From IMG/VR virus record IMGVR_UViG_3300028909_000018, positions 32,001 through 96,000 of that record: DNA of 64,000 nt; one strand, written 5' to 3'. Positions 1 through 10,165 of this stretch are shown here, one piece after another. This DNA comes from a virus. Under the pieces are notes generated by a model. It had not been told where the DNA came from. It was given only the letters and a program-made list of their open reading frames with translations, and searched no databases. The translations under genes were made by a program, and so were the position numbers. Position 1 is the first letter of the stretch, and every line of letters starts with the position of its first letter.

Positions 1-670
1 AGTTGTTAGATGAAGCCGCCTGAAGGAAGTAAATATGTGAATTACTATTCAGACCATAAAGATTCTTGGCCTCGGTGAAGATTGTGTTGGTCGATCCGGC
101 ATTTTCCGCGACATAGACGGAGAGCGAATTGGTGTCGATGTTGGGGCTTGAAAGAGTGAATAGTTGGTTGTTGACGCTGTTGTCCACAGAAAATATGTCG
201 GCCTTGTTATAGCCTTCGTATATCACCACATTGGCGAAGTAGAAATTATTGTTGGATGAGGTAATCACATAGTTCTGGTCGGTGACAAACGAGAATGATC
301 CGTTGGAATTCTGTCCACTGAAAATACTGCCACGAGGAATTTCAAATGTGTTGATGTTATTTGCCTGAATGGTGATGTTCAGGGATGTCGAGGCGGAAGA
401 CATCGAGTAAGGAATATAATTCAGTTCCTTGGCCTTGGAGACCAGACTGTCACGAAGTTGGGCCGAATCATTGAAACGTTCCGAGAACGACATATTCATA
501 TAGAAAGAGTTGATGAATGTGTTACGCGCCAGCACATCGAGCAGCACGTTCATGTTCGATCCGCTGAAATCATAGTCACGGAAAATAGACTGATTCTGGA
601 GCCAATTTATTTGATTGGCCTTCAGGGTATCAGGATCAAGGCTCGTGAGGGTGATATTTGTGTTGGCCAT
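1..670 (-). CDS. gp6: Baseplate wedge subunit gp6 (N-terminal part; runs off the window)
   Basis: Manual translation from ATG at 670 gives MANTNITLTSLDPDTLK...FRDYDFSGSNMNVLLDVLARNT...DSAQLRDSLVSKAKELNYIP, the typical gp6 N-terminus. It lies downstream of gp25. Confidence 0.9.
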   Translation of the reverse strand, partial: MANTNITLTSLDPDTLKANQINWLQNQSIFRDYDFSGSNMNVLLDVLARNTFINSFYMNMSFSERFNDSAQLRDSLVSKAKELNYIPYSMSSASTSLNITIQANNINTFEIPRGSIFSGQNSNGSFSFVTDQNYVITSSNNNFYFANVVIYEGYNKADIFSVDNSVNNQLFTLSSPNIDTNSLSVYVAENAGSTNTIFTEAKNLYGLNSNSHIYFLQAASSNN

Positions 671-701
671 ATCTTCTTTCTTTTTATAGATATTTATTGC
701 T

Positions 702-1301
702 TCATACAACCTTCATGTGGTGGGTGTGGACCATGGTTCCAAAATCTGTTTCTTTGGATTCTGTCTTGATGTGTTTTAAGTTTGTTCCACGAGGCAGGAT
801 CATCTCTCTCTCGGTCGATAATCCTAAATTCGCGGCATAGGCGGTAGGATGACCCTTGGGAACATGAATTTTCATGATATGTTTCACAAGATTTGATTTT
901 GATACATGATTCCCGGCGAATTCATGTGCAACTCTTTCCCTCAATGAGGTAGAAAGATAGGCAGGATGATGAACAATACCCCCAGAATTCATGTGCTCCC
1001 TTGGGTCGATCTTGGTTCCACTATAGACTTTTAGGCTTGTGGGTGACTTGTGACTTGCTATGGCGGCATCAAGAGCCTGTGATTTGTCGTGTAACTCATG
1101 ATTAGTATAGTCATCATGTTCATATTCTTCCCCATGATGCTTCGCCCAATGATAACCATTCATGGCTCGGGCCACACGAGACTTCTGATAGTCTCTAATC
1201 GCTCCAAAATGAGGATATTCATAGTCATAATGACTAGATATTTTATGATCTACAGTTGAGGCTCTGCTTTTATCATCAACAATTTCTCTTAAATATTTCA
1301 T
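702..1301 (-). CDS. ADP-ribosyltransferase (VIP2/Alt-like catalytic domain)
   Basis: Motifs LKVYSG, YLSTS, KIHVPKG and EREMILPRG match the R-S-E class ART fold, with the first R replaced by S. Confidence 0.8.
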   Translation of the reverse strand: MKYLREIVDDKSRASTVDHKISSHYDYEYPHFGAIRDYQKSRVARAMNGYHWAKHHGEEYEHDDYTNHELHDKSQALDAAIASHKSPTSLKVYSGTKIDPREHMNSGGIVHHPAYLSTSLRERVAHEFAGNHVSKSNLVKHIMKIHVPKGHPTAYAANLGLSTEREMILPRGTNLKHIKTESKETDFGTMVHTHHMKVV

Positions 1302-1717
1302 TATCGCACCCTTGTTAAAATAACCGTGACGGAAAGATTTGGAGCATTCTGTATAGAGAAGTAAATCACCACACTGAGGGCATTGGGGATGGTTTGTGAA
1401 TCGACAGTGATGCCAAGCACGGCGGCGCGAGGCTCGTTATGGCCGATAGCATCCATGAGCGTCTGCTTGACGACGGATTCTGTCAGCGTGTCGGATAATC
1501 CAAATAATCCATAGTTACCAGACTGACCGATGGTCTCATCATAAAGTCTTTCCCCCAGAATGGTTCTGGCAATATTTTTGATGGACTGCTTGACGGAATT
1601 TTCATTGGTGACCTTGGCCAGATCATTCGAGAAGGGAGCCTTGAGGAAATTATCGGTGAAGTCGGAGTAGAGAACTCCTAACTTGCTGGTGATGGTCTGA
1701 TTGTTGGCGATATTCAT
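1301..1717 (-). CDS. gp25: Baseplate wedge subunit gp25
   Basis: YSD...DLAKVTNENSVKQSIKNI.RT..GER...EPRA pattern. Confidence 0.9.
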   Translation of the reverse strand: MNIANNQTITSKLGVLYSDFTDNFLKAPFSNDLAKVTNENSVKQSIKNIARTILGERLYDETIGQSGNYGLFGLSDTLTESVVKQTLMDAIGHNEPRAAVLGITVDSQTIPNALSVVIYFSIQNAPNLSVTVILTRVR

Positions 1718-1741
1718 CTAACTTCCTTTTAATTATTTATT

Positions 1742-2959
1742 TTACCACGTACCGCCATCAAGATCAGCTAGGTCTGATGTCAGAAGAGCCTGAAGATATG
1801 TATTTGTGACATCTCCTGTTCCAAAAGATGATGTTGAATTTATGACGACATTAACAGTAGAATTACCAATAGTTATAGAATTTGATACCGAAATTATATT
1901 ATTAACTGATAAATTATTACTTATATTTACGGTATTTGTAGAATAATCGAATGAAAATGCATTCGTTGCGTTAAATGTATTTCCCTGATTAAATTGAATA
2001 TTGGTGTTGGTCCCAGCAGCCGAGATGGTTGTGGTTGTCCAAAAGGCACCATTACCATTAGAGGCGAGAGACTGCCCCGGTGTTCCCAAGGAACCATTGG
2101 CCATCACACCAAGCTGGCCGATATTTAGAACGGAGGTATTGACAAATTGAACAGGATCACCGATCATAATTGCTGGCGTGATGATCATCGTGGAATTAAT
2201 CTGGGTGTTTGTCACGCTGTTGCCGACCACCAGCAGGGTGTTGCCAGAAATATTATTCATAAAGTAGAAGGTAACGTTGGCGTAGGCGTTGGGCGTCGTG
2301 ATATTATGGTTGGCGGTGGCGTTATGTTGAATATAATTATTACTATTCAACGTCATGGTGTCAACGGAGGTAAGCTGAAGCTTCTTCTGACCTAGAACGT
2401 CATAGTTTCCACCTGTGTACTGACCAAATTCGGAGTTGACATTTTCATACTTGACGCCACCGATGAAGGTAACCTTGTCGCCCATGACATTATGATGTTG
2501 ATCACCATCATTAACATCTGACGTGACGCTGCCGGATGTCGAATGAATATGAGCACCCGTGCCATGCGTGTAATGGGTACCCTTGGTTACCTGTGTGGTG
2601 TCTCCACCAGCCGCTTGCCACTTATCCCCACCATGCTCGTTATGGTGGTCGGAAGTGACCTGAGAGACCGTGGAGCCTCCAACTTTATTATGGTGATTAA
2701 GATCGACGGTGGAAGTATGTCCCAGCTTGGAATAGTTGAAACTCTGACCCATCTTAAGGTGTTTGTGACCCGCGCTGTTGTCAACCTCTTCGAAGGTTCC
2801 TAGCTTATGCCCCATCGCCTGTGACTCATTATTAGGCGTCTCATCGACACGGTTCCATGATCCATCTCGAAACTGTTCGAATCTGACGTAGGGATAATCT
2901 CCCGGCAACATTAGGCTGGGTAGACGAACATTTGTGTTAGATGTTGTATTTGATACCAA
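1742..2959 (-). CDS. gp5C: gp5 C-terminal half (beta-helix spike), stand-alone gene
   Basis: YPY..., VDETPNNE..GHKLGTFEEVD and VxG-type repeats. Likely start is TTG at 2959 after a GAGG RBS and late promoter, not 3070. Confidence 0.75.
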   Translation of the reverse strand: MVSNTTSNTNVRLPSLMLPGDYPYVRFEQFRDGSWNRVDETPNNESQAMGHKLGTFEEVDNSAGHKHLKMGQSFNYSKLGHTSTVDLNHHNKVGGSTVSQVTSDHHNEHGGDKWQAAGGDTTQVTKGTHYTHGTGAHIHSTSGSVTSDVNDGDQHHNVMGDKVTFIGGVKYENVNSEFGQYTGGNYDVLGQKKLQLTSVDTMTLNSNNYIQHNATANHNITTPNAYANVTFYFMNNISGNTLLVVGNSVTNTQINSTMIITPAIMIGDPVQFVNTSVLNIGQLGVMANGSLGTPGQSLASNGNGAFWTTTTISAAGTNTNIQFNQGNTFNATNAFSFDYSTNTVNISNNLSVNNIISVSNSITIGNSTVNVVINSTSSFGTGDVTNTYLQALLTSDLADLDGGTW

Positions 2960-2979
2960 AAAATCATTCCTCTTTTTTA

Positions 2980-2987
2980 TATTTATC
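2980..2987 (-). promoter_or_regulatory. T4-type late promoter (GATAAATA) for gp5C
   Basis: NATAAATA just upstream of the RBS; the same motif precedes most structural genes in the window. Confidence 0.7.
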
Positions 2988-3041
2988 GCTTGACGTGGCC
3001 TTCTTTTTCGTTTAGAAGTGTCAGACACAAGGAGTTTTAAA

Positions 3042-3437
3042 ATGCCTGATCCAAAAATTCGATACACCAATCTGGTCTGTGTTTCCTACAAGGCCAACGC
3101 CTTAACGACCGAGTACCATTTCATGGGCCTCACCAAGGAAGAGGCCGACGCCAAGCTTCAGGAGTTTCTGAATAAGAAGTCTCCTGAGCCTGCTCCCGCC
3201 CCTGTGGTGGAGGCTCCCAAACCCATTCCCGTCGTCTTCCCCTCTTTCGCCCCGTCTGCGTCTCCCTCTCTCACCTTCTCCGACACCAAACATGATCAAC
3301 CCCTTTATGGCAACACCGGAAAGACGTGGATGATTTCTAAGGAGAAACATGAGCGTGTCAGAGTAGACGCCGACAAGGTGGAGAGCTATCTTGCTGCCGG
3401 ATATATCAAGGGTGGACCCCGCACTTCAATCGATTGA
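3042..3437 (+). CDS. Hypothetical protein, Pro-rich linker, C-terminal NUMOD-like motif
   Basis: AGGAG RBS before ATG 3042. The C-terminal GKTWM...RVRV...YLAAGYIKG resembles homing-endonuclease DNA-binding modules. Confidence 0.55.
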   Translation: MPDPKIRYTNLVCVSYKANALTTEYHFMGLTKEEADAKLQEFLNKKSPEPAPAPVVEAPKPIPVVFPSFAPSASPSLTFSDTKHDQPLYGNTGKTWMISKEKHERVRVDADKVESYLAAGYIKGGPRTSID

Positions 3438-3451
3438 GAAGGAGATTTAAA

Positions 3452-3704
3452 ATGGAATATCGTGCTAGTTACATACGTGAGTTGATGCCGAAGAAGCCTT
3501 CCACCTTCGAACTGATGCAGGAGCAAATGGTCGTTGTGGCGAAAGGGTGGACATCGAGTTCTTCATTATGCAATGTATTTTTCCGAGGAAGAGGCTGTTT
3601 CTCTTCGGGAGAAATTTGAAAAACTTGGGTTCATCGTAAATGTAAATAAAAATGCATTTGGTGATGAATATGACAATTCTCACTTGATTTCTATTCATTG
3701 GTGA
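3452..3704 (+). pseudogene. Small hypothetical gene with an apparent 1-nt indel near 3546
   Basis: Strong RBS and ATG at 3452. A protein-like continuation (GHRVLHYAMYF...EKLGFIV...ISIHW*) lies in the +1 frame and ends just before the next RBS. Confidence 0.45.
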
Positions 3705-3717
3705 AAGGAATAATATC

Positions 3718-3999
3718 ATGGAAAAGCATCCTCTACAGGTGGCGCTGGAATCCTTGGCCGAGGAATATGACTTCAGGGTTCGGTCCTATTCAGGTCGTGG
3801 AATGTATGGGGCCGAATGCCTCGCCATCTTCGGTGAAGACATTAACCCGATGCAAATCGGCTTTCTCGTAGGCCGAGATTATAGTATGGATTTTCATCAT
3901 CTAGATGGTTGGAAAAAAGACACCATGGGTCATCATCGAGTTGTTTACTATTGGCCTCAGATCGATTATGTTGGAGGTTGGTTGAATGACGATGACTAA
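3718..3999 (+). CDS. Hypothetical phage protein (YSGRGMYG motif)
   Basis: RBS present; contains a motif familiar from small phage proteins. Confidence 0.7.
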   Translation: MEKHPLQVALESLAEEYDFRVRSYSGRGMYGAECLAIFGEDINPMQIGFLVGRDYSMDFHHLDGWKKDTMGHHRVVYYWPQIDYVGGWLNDDD

Positions 4000-4064
4000 C
4001 CACCAAATTTGGTTTTCGATTGTTTTGTTTTGTCTTATCTTACACTTTTTGGGAGTATTTTAAA

Positions 4065-4379
4065 ATGGTAAATTATGAACGAAAGTATGTAGAAGTGATG
4101 CTTGCCGGATGGCTTGGTTTTCACATGAAGAGCCTAGACGAGGCCATCACATATCTACAAGGACTGAAGGCGCAATATGGTGACAACTGCACCATCAATG
4201 AGTATAATGATAGTTATGATAGTAAATATCTCGGTCTTTTTCAGGAGATTCCTGAGACCGACGCACAGATGAAAGTTCGTATCTCTCAGGAAGAGGATTT
4301 GGAAAAGCGCCGTTACAAGCAAGAGCGTCTTCAATATGAAGAACTGAAGAAGAAGTACGGAAAAATTTCTGCACTATAG
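4065..4379 (+). CDS. Hypothetical protein
   Basis: GGAG RBS before ATG 4065; coiled-coil-like C-terminus. Confidence 0.65.
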   Translation: MVNYERKYVEVMLAGWLGFHMKSLDEAITYLQGLKAQYGDNCTINEYNDSYDSKYLGLFQEIPETDAQMKVRISQEEDLEKRRYKQERLQYEELKKKYGKISAL

Positions 4380-4814
4380 GCCTAGCTCATTCTCTGTTAT
4401 TATCTGAAATTCCCATTCACGAGATTTACAATATTCTCGTGCATATTTCCATTTTGCATCGTTGATGGCGTAGGTCAGAACATCGTTAATAAACCCTTTA
4501 GACATTCTTTTTCCCTTGACAGGTGGAAGAGTCTGTTTGAAGGGTTTTATTTCGACCATGATAGTTTTAATAACTCCGTTACGATCCCGAATCTTGATCA
4601 CGGCGTCAGGAAAGTATCGGTGCTTCTTGTTATCCTTGGGAGAGATGTAAGGAACTATAACTTCTTCCGACGACCACTCCAAGACATCAGGCCGGGAGTC
4701 GAACTGCATATAAAGTTTTAATTCCCATGAGGATCGGTAGACGATGTTTGAAGGATCACCTTTATATTTCTGTGGGTTCTTCGCCCTGAACATTCCTTGA
4801 TGATATCTGGGCAT
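4374..4814 (-). CDS. gp4: Head completion nuclease gp4
   Basis: KNPQKYKGD..NIVYRSSWE...WSSEE..VPYISP.D...HRYFPD...EIKP...KW..A. Confidence 0.95.
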   Translation of the reverse strand: MPRYHQGMFRAKNPQKYKGDPSNIVYRSSWELKLYMQFDSRPDVLEWSSEEVIVPYISPKDNKKHRYFPDAVIKIRDRNGVIKTIMVEIKPFKQTLPPVKGKRMSKGFINDVLTYAINDAKWKYAREYCKSREWEFQIITENELGL

Positions 4815-4863
4815 TCATTCTTTCCAATAAATATGTTTGTAATATTTATCAGAAGGAACGAAC

Positions 4864-5880
4864 TTGGCCTTTATAACAAATATATTAAATGACCTTGAGA
4901 TTGCTGGTGTCATCACCGCTGCCGTTGGAACTGCGGCGCTGGTGGCGACAGCAGCAGAGGTATATAGTCTTTCGGGATCAACAAACGCAACAGATTATAC
5001 TAATTCTCAGACCACAGTATATCCTACTGATCTTTTAAGTTCATCATCGGCCAACAACGACTTCTGTATGAAGTTTGATTTTTATCAATATCAAAGACCG
5101 ACCATCTTCAGTAACGTTTTTACAAAACCGTTCGGAACAATCGTCCTTCCCATTCCCACGAACATCGTGGATCACCAGAGCATCGGTTATGTGGATTCAG
5201 ACCCAACAAATCCCGCCCTAGGCGCGGCGCTGGATGGCATGGTGGGCTCCTATAGGAATAATCAGGCCAACTGGATGGCGTCGGCCGTAGAGTCTCTTGG
5301 ACCAGCGTTATATGGCGCTGGAACGGCCGGGGCCGTTGGTGGGGCAACAAATATCTTGAATACTCTCGGAAAGACCGTTGGACTCGGTAATGCCGCCAAC
5401 AGAATCTTCCAGACATCCGGTCTCGCTGTCAACCCATATCTCACGGTTTTATTCACCGCCCCAACATTTAAAAGACATACTTTCATTTGGAAATTCATGC
5501 CTAATAATCTTCAGGAATCCAACACGATAAAATATATCATCAACAAATTTAAATATCATCAGCTTCCTGACACAAATCAGGCCACCGCAGGATCACTATT
5601 ACAATATCCCGATGTGGTTAGACCGACGATCATTCCCCAAGGATATGTCTACAGCTTTAAACATTGTGTGATTCAGGATTCCATCGCTAACTATGCCCCC
5701 GGCACGACGCCATCATTTGTCGGATCATCCAATGCGCCATCGGCTATTGAATTCACTATTCAGCTTCTTGAAATTGAGTATTTCCTTAAGCGTGATATGG
5801 TAAATACGACTGATCCAAATTTCTTGCCGCCTACAAGTGAAACGACAACAACAATAATTCCTCCATCGGCTAACGGTTAA
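4864..5880 (+). CDS. gp48: Baseplate tail tube cap gp48
   Basis: IVLPIP, NPYLTVLF.APTFKRHTFIWKFMP.N..ES..I..II..FK motif; divergent from gp4 and followed by gp53. Confidence 0.85.
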   Translation: MAFITNILNDLEIAGVITAAVGTAALVATAAEVYSLSGSTNATDYTNSQTTVYPTDLLSSSSANNDFCMKFDFYQYQRPTIFSNVFTKPFGTIVLPIPTNIVDHQSIGYVDSDPTNPALGAALDGMVGSYRNNQANWMASAVESLGPALYGAGTAGAVGGATNILNTLGKTVGLGNAANRIFQTSGLAVNPYLTVLFTAPTFKRHTFIWKFMPNNLQESNTIKYIINKFKYHQLPDTNQATAGSLLQYPDVVRPTIIPQGYVYSFKHCVIQDSIANYAPGTTPSFVGSSNAPSAIEFTIQLLEIEYFLKRDMVNTTDPNFLPPTSETTTTIIPPSANG

Positions 5881-5887
5881 TCAAATC

Positions 5888-6778
5888 ATGGATACATATT
5901 TTTCAAAATTCCCTCTTACTTCATATAATGGGATGCCTGTGGTGGATATCACCAGACGCGCCGTCATATCCAATACTGACCTCCTGAATCCATTCTTTTA
6001 TTATCCTGTGACTATCAATAATAATGAAAGAACCGATCAGATATCCAGAAAATATTATCAAGACCCCTATCAGGAGTGGGTTTTGTTCTTGACGAACCAA
6101 ATCTATGATCCCTATGACCAGTGGTATATGAATAATGAAGAGTTTCAGGATTATATGTATCAGAAGTACACCAACATTCCTCTGACAACCCAGACCATCA
6201 TGTACTATACAAATAATTGGTTTTTAAACACCGACCGTGTGAGCGTGGCGTATTTTGATGCTCTCGACCCTTCGCTTATGAAATATTATCAGCCGAATCT
6301 TGACGGATTCGGATCGGTAACGAGCTACAGCAGGATTCAGGAAGATTGGACGATCAACACAAATCATTTGGTTTCTTTTAATTTCTCCAACACAATCCCA
6401 CAATTCATCAACAATGAAATCGTCGCCATCAATTATGGTGCCAATCTGGTGGGCTCAGGACAGGTTGCGGTATGCACAAATAATGTTCTGAATATTCAGC
6501 ACGTCTCGGGATATTATCTCCCCAACGGGGTCGTCAATGCCGCTGCCTTCTCGATTCTGGGAAGTCAGTCCAATGCCTTAATAACTATTCCAAACGCCAA
6601 CGCCGTGACCATCTTATCCTTCGACACCATTCCACCAGAAGAGGATGTGTTTTATAGTCCTGTCTACGTCTTCGATTATGAAACGAATATGAATGAAAGC
6701 AATAAGGTTTTGAACATTTTGGTCAGTGGATATGAGACCCAAGTTTCTGACGCCTTGCAGAAGGCTCTTAATTCATGA
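5888..6778 (+). CDS. gp53: Baseplate wedge subunit gp53
   Basis: YFSKFP, ERTDQIS.KYY.DP..EWVL.L.N.I.DP..QW (LysM-like) and YDYE..NE motifs. Confidence 0.9.
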   Translation: MDTYFSKFPLTSYNGMPVVDITRRAVISNTDLLNPFFYYPVTINNNERTDQISRKYYQDPYQEWVLFLTNQIYDPYDQWYMNNEEFQDYMYQKYTNIPLTTQTIMYYTNNWFLNTDRVSVAYFDALDPSLMKYYQPNLDGFGSVTSYSRIQEDWTINTNHLVSFNFSNTIPQFINNEIVAINYGANLVGSGQVAVCTNNVLNIQHVSGYYLPNGVVNAAAFSILGSQSNALITIPNANAVTILSFDTIPPEEDVFYSPVYVFDYETNMNESNKVLNILVSGYETQVSDALQKALNS

Positions 6779-7971
6779 TTCCCGGCTATAATCCCGGCGA
6801 CGTATTCATCACCGACCTAACGATGTCGTCACCCCGAGGGTCTTTAAACCTCGGATCGATGTTTGCCACCATGAAAGTTTTTGAAAGTATTTTCGTGCCT
6901 AATGTCATTGCCGAGATTACCGTCTTCGACGTTAACGACGCGCTGGGCAACATGAACATCATCGGAGACGAGACCGTGACGACCACCTTCGGGGCTCCCG
7001 GAGGCACCATGGCGTCATATACATTCGCCCTTGATCAGATCACCAACATACATGGCGAGGGCTCCACAAAGTCAAAAATCTACACCCTGCATGGCGTTGG
7101 CGAAGAGACGATGTATGCCAAGACGAACTTCGTTCAAAAGAATTATCAGACCGATATCGCTTCCATCGTTTCTGATATTCATAGGACATTTTTAATGAGT
7201 GGTAAGTCTCTCTCGACAGAATCAACGAGCGGCACCCAGAATATCATGATCCCGAACTACGATCCCTTTAAGGCTATTGACATGGTGAGACGCCGCGCGG
7301 TGTCGGCATCAAATCCATCATCAACATTTCTTTATTTTGAAAATGCTCTGGGGATGTATTTTAAAACGATGGAAGGAATGCTTCAACAGGGGCCGATAAA
7401 GACCTTCTTACATCAGGATACTGTAGGTAATTCTCTCTATATCGACACCAGCACCAACATCATCGCACTTGATGTTCCACAGATTGCTTCCTCGACCGAA
7501 AGAATCTCGATGGGTGGACTGATGCAGCGGATATCGACCTATAATATCAGAACACGAAGTTATCAATATAAGGATGTCGCGCCACCGACCAGCGGCTTCA
7601 ATTCATCGGCCTTCACGGCGAAGTATGGCAACAAGTATGGATCAACTTCAATGATCCCTGTTGACACCGCAAGCCGTCCCTTCACCGGGATCGATACGAT
7701 GACGCCTAATCAGCTTGGTTATATTTCAAATCTTATGCAGACGCAAGTGAAGATCAAGGTTAATGGTGACGCGCTGGTCAAGGCCGGGGATGTCATCCAA
7801 TTAAAAATTCCCGAAATGATTAATATCACGTCACCACAACCCCTCGACCCACAGATTGCGGGTAACTATCTGGTCACAAGGATGTGTCGGAATATCGGCC
7901 CTTCCCAACAGCATCCAAGATATACAGATTCCATTGAGTGTATTAAGGGTGATCTGAACGGCGCATCTTAG
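6775..7971 (+). CDS. Baseplate hub / tail protein (gp27-like)
   Basis: FESIF, FLYFEN..G.YFKT, G...VKAGDVI.L and GNYLVT motifs; follows gp53. Confidence 0.7.
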   Translation: MIPGYNPGDVFITDLTMSSPRGSLNLGSMFATMKVFESIFVPNVIAEITVFDVNDALGNMNIIGDETVTTTFGAPGGTMASYTFALDQITNIHGEGSTKSKIYTLHGVGEETMYAKTNFVQKNYQTDIASIVSDIHRTFLMSGKSLSTESTSGTQNIMIPNYDPFKAIDMVRRRAVSASNPSSTFLYFENALGMYFKTMEGMLQQGPIKTFLHQDTVGNSLYIDTSTNIIALDVPQIASSTERISMGGLMQRISTYNIRTRSYQYKDVAPPTSGFNSSAFTAKYGNKYGSTSMIPVDTASRPFTGIDTMTPNQLGYISNLMQTQVKIKVNGDALVKAGDVIQLKIPEMINITSPQPLDPQIAGNYLVTRMCRNIGPSQQHPRYTDSIECIKGDLNGAS

Positions 7972-8149
7972 GCTCACTCACAATATGTGTTTGCCGCCAT
8001 ATGCTCACCCTCGATCCTTATGATATAGATCGTGAGCCCTTTGCTGATATCCATAAATTTCTGTCTGGCCTCACGAATATCCGAAGCATAGATGGTTTCA
8101 TATCCTGAAATTCCATACTTCGGATTTTCGTAGTGTATCACAAATTCCT

Positions 8150-8917
8150 TCACTTGAGAAGGAATTTGTTGGCACCGGGAAGGTTGCCAGTGGAGCGTGA
8201 TCCGCCACCCAACTGGTTATCGAGGGAGATGGTGTTGGCTGCGTTATGACCGGCCATGGAAGCCGAATTGAGGGAAGTGGCGCGTTGCTTACGCTTCTTC
8301 ATGAATTCTGTATCAGACAGGAATTCCTCGACCAGCGCCAATTCGGTGGAATACAACGCGGGAAGGTTGGACTTCTCACCAGCCGGGGTAACCGGGGCCT
8401 TCACCGCCTCGATCTTGTCGTAAACGCGACGGGTCAGACGCAGACCACAACCCATTTCGAAGTGATAACGCTGCGTGGCCTCCGACGAGAACTTGCGGGA
8501 AAGACGAACTACAGTCTTTTCGAGATATTCGAACATCGAAATTGCGATGGCCCGATTATGTTCCTTACCTACGAAGACGAACTTGGCGACGCGCTTCAGG
8601 TTGCCGGTCTTGCCATATTCGGTGCTGGTGCTGATATAGCCCTTGCAGAAGAACAGCTTGGCGACGACACCCATGAGGGTCTGACGCCACTTGATATGAC
8701 CATAGGAAGTCTCGTAAATGGTCTTGTCCATGGTGGCCATGTCGGCCTCTTGGGCTTCCTCGGTGACCATCGACATATCGAGGTTATGGGCGGCGAGAAG
8801 CAACTGAGCCTTGTTCATGAAGGCCATCGCCTCTTCCTCGGTGACCGAGGCGTCTTTCGACATGGCGAGAAGCTTCTTGATTTTTTCGATCATGGAGGCG
8901 TTGGAAGAAGCTGACAT
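8150..8917 (-). CDS. DUF2786-domain protein
   Basis: IEKIKKLLAMS...EEEA.AFM.KAQ.LL..HNL N-terminus; has its own sigma70 promoter. Confidence 0.85.
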   Translation of the reverse strand: MSASSNASMIEKIKKLLAMSKDASVTEEEAMAFMNKAQLLLAAHNLDMSMVTEEAQEADMATMDKTIYETSYGHIKWRQTLMGVVAKLFFCKGYISTSTEYGKTGNLKRVAKFVFVGKEHNRAIAISMFEYLEKTVVRLSRKFSSEATQRYHFEMGCGLRLTRRVYDKIEAVKAPVTPAGEKSNLPALYSTELALVEEFLSDTEFMKKRKQRATSLNSASMAGHNAANTISLDNQLGGGSRSTGNLPGANKFLLK

Positions 8918-8948
8918 TTAAAATCTCCTATCATTGATTCGATGACCC

Positions 8949-8977
8949 TTTATAGGCGATTTTTAAAAACTTGTCAA
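8949..8977 (-). promoter_or_regulatory. Early sigma70-type promoter TTGACA-17-TATAAA
   Basis: Near-consensus. Similar elements occur near 10585, 14187, 16539, 39396, 47252, 59392 and 60527. Confidence 0.75.
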
Positions 8978-9070
8978 ATGAATTCGAACGAATTTGTCCG
9001 AAGAATGTAACATTTTTAGGACAAATTCATCTTTGTCAGAAAAACGTATACATTCTTCGGACTTATTTTT

Positions 9071-10165
9071 TTAATGAATCTCTAAGTCATTGACAACAGT
9101 GAGTTTTCCGTCTCGTAGAAGTGTCAGGCTCACCTTGTCGCCAACATTATGCATCGCGACTTCCTTGATAAGAGCGGCAGGAGTAGAAATGTTGACCGTA
9201 TCAATTTTCAAAATGATATCACCAGCCTTCAGCTTATCGTTATGGTTAAGAATCTGATCATCATCCATGATCCCCTGAAGCCTGATGCCCTTATAGAAGG
9301 TATCACCGGCCACAAGCGACAACATCTCTGTATTTTCGATGATGACAAGGCCGATATGCTTCTGTTGGAATCTTCCCGTCTTGATAATCTCGGTCACCAC
9401 CACCTTGGCATACTTAGAAGGGATGGCGAATCCAAGACCGGCAGAAGTATGTGATGGTGAATATATGGCCTGATTAATCCCGATGACTTCACCATTCATA
9501 TTGAAAAGAGGGCCACCAGAATTGCCGGGATTGATAGGCGTATCAGTCTGAAGTGAATCATCGAAAGGCGAATCCAGACCTTCGGAGTTTTCACGATCAA
9601 CAGCCGAAATGACACCAGCCGTCAGGGTATGATTAATTCCATAGGGACTTCCCACGGCAAAAACTTGTTGACCAACCTTCATCTTCTCACTATCACCAAA
9701 GGCGACGGTAGGAAATTCACGATCAGTTTCGCTCTTGACAATCTTTAGAACGGCGATATCAGTTGCTCTATCCGATCCTACTACTTCCACGTCACGTTCC
9801 GATCCATCCTCAAGGACGATGGTTATGTTTCTATTACCAGAACCCTGAATGACGTGATTGTTGGTGATGATCAGCCCATCGGTGCTGATAATGAAGCCAG
9901 AACCGATTGCACCACCAGTCTTGTGCGGTGAAAAAGGAAGAAGAACATCCTTTTCTTTATGTTTCTTTATAATGATTTCATTGACAATATGATCCAGATC
10001 AGACATCTGTGTCCACAGAATAGGAATATCCAACTGTGGTGCATGGATGGTGACGACAGCGGGAGACACCCGTTGATATACGTCGCTTATTTCTTCTCCA
10101 AAAGCCGCCCCATAGGCGAATAGAAGAGCTACGGCGGTGACGATAAAGACGATAAGATACTTCAC
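9071..10165 (-). CDS. htrA: HtrA/DegP-family serine protease with PDZ domain
   Basis: Signal peptide, GSGFII, TNNHV, DIAVLK, QTD.PINPGNSGGPL and a C-terminal PDZ (GDIILKID). Confidence 0.95.
   Translation of the reverse strand: MKYLIVFIVTAVALLFAYGAAFGEEISDVYQRVSPAVVTIHAPQLDIPILWTQMSDLDHIVNEIIIKKHKEKDVLLPFSPHKTGGAIGSGFIISTDGLIITNNHVIQGSGNRNITIVLEDGSERDVEVVGSDRATDIAVLKIVKSETDREFPTVAFGDSEKMKVGQQVFAVGSPYGINHTLTAGVISAVDRENSEGLDSPFDDSLQTDTPINPGNSGGPLFNMNGEVIGINQAIYSPSHTSAGLGFAIPSKYAKVVVTEIIKTGRFQQKHIGLVIIENTEMLSLVAGDTFYKGIRLQGIMDDDQILNHNDKLKAGDIILKIDTVNISTPAALIKEVAMHNVGDKVSLTLLRDGKLTVVNDLEIH

Noticed and set aside
2960-3070. N-terminal extension of gp5C
   Set aside because: It spans the divergent promoters and the opposite gene; the RBS supports TTG at 2959.
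8246-8914. Long antisense ORFs (also 15898+, 38711+, 54925+, 59604+)
   Set aside because: They are shadows of well-supported opposite-strand genes, with no RBS or recognisable motifs.
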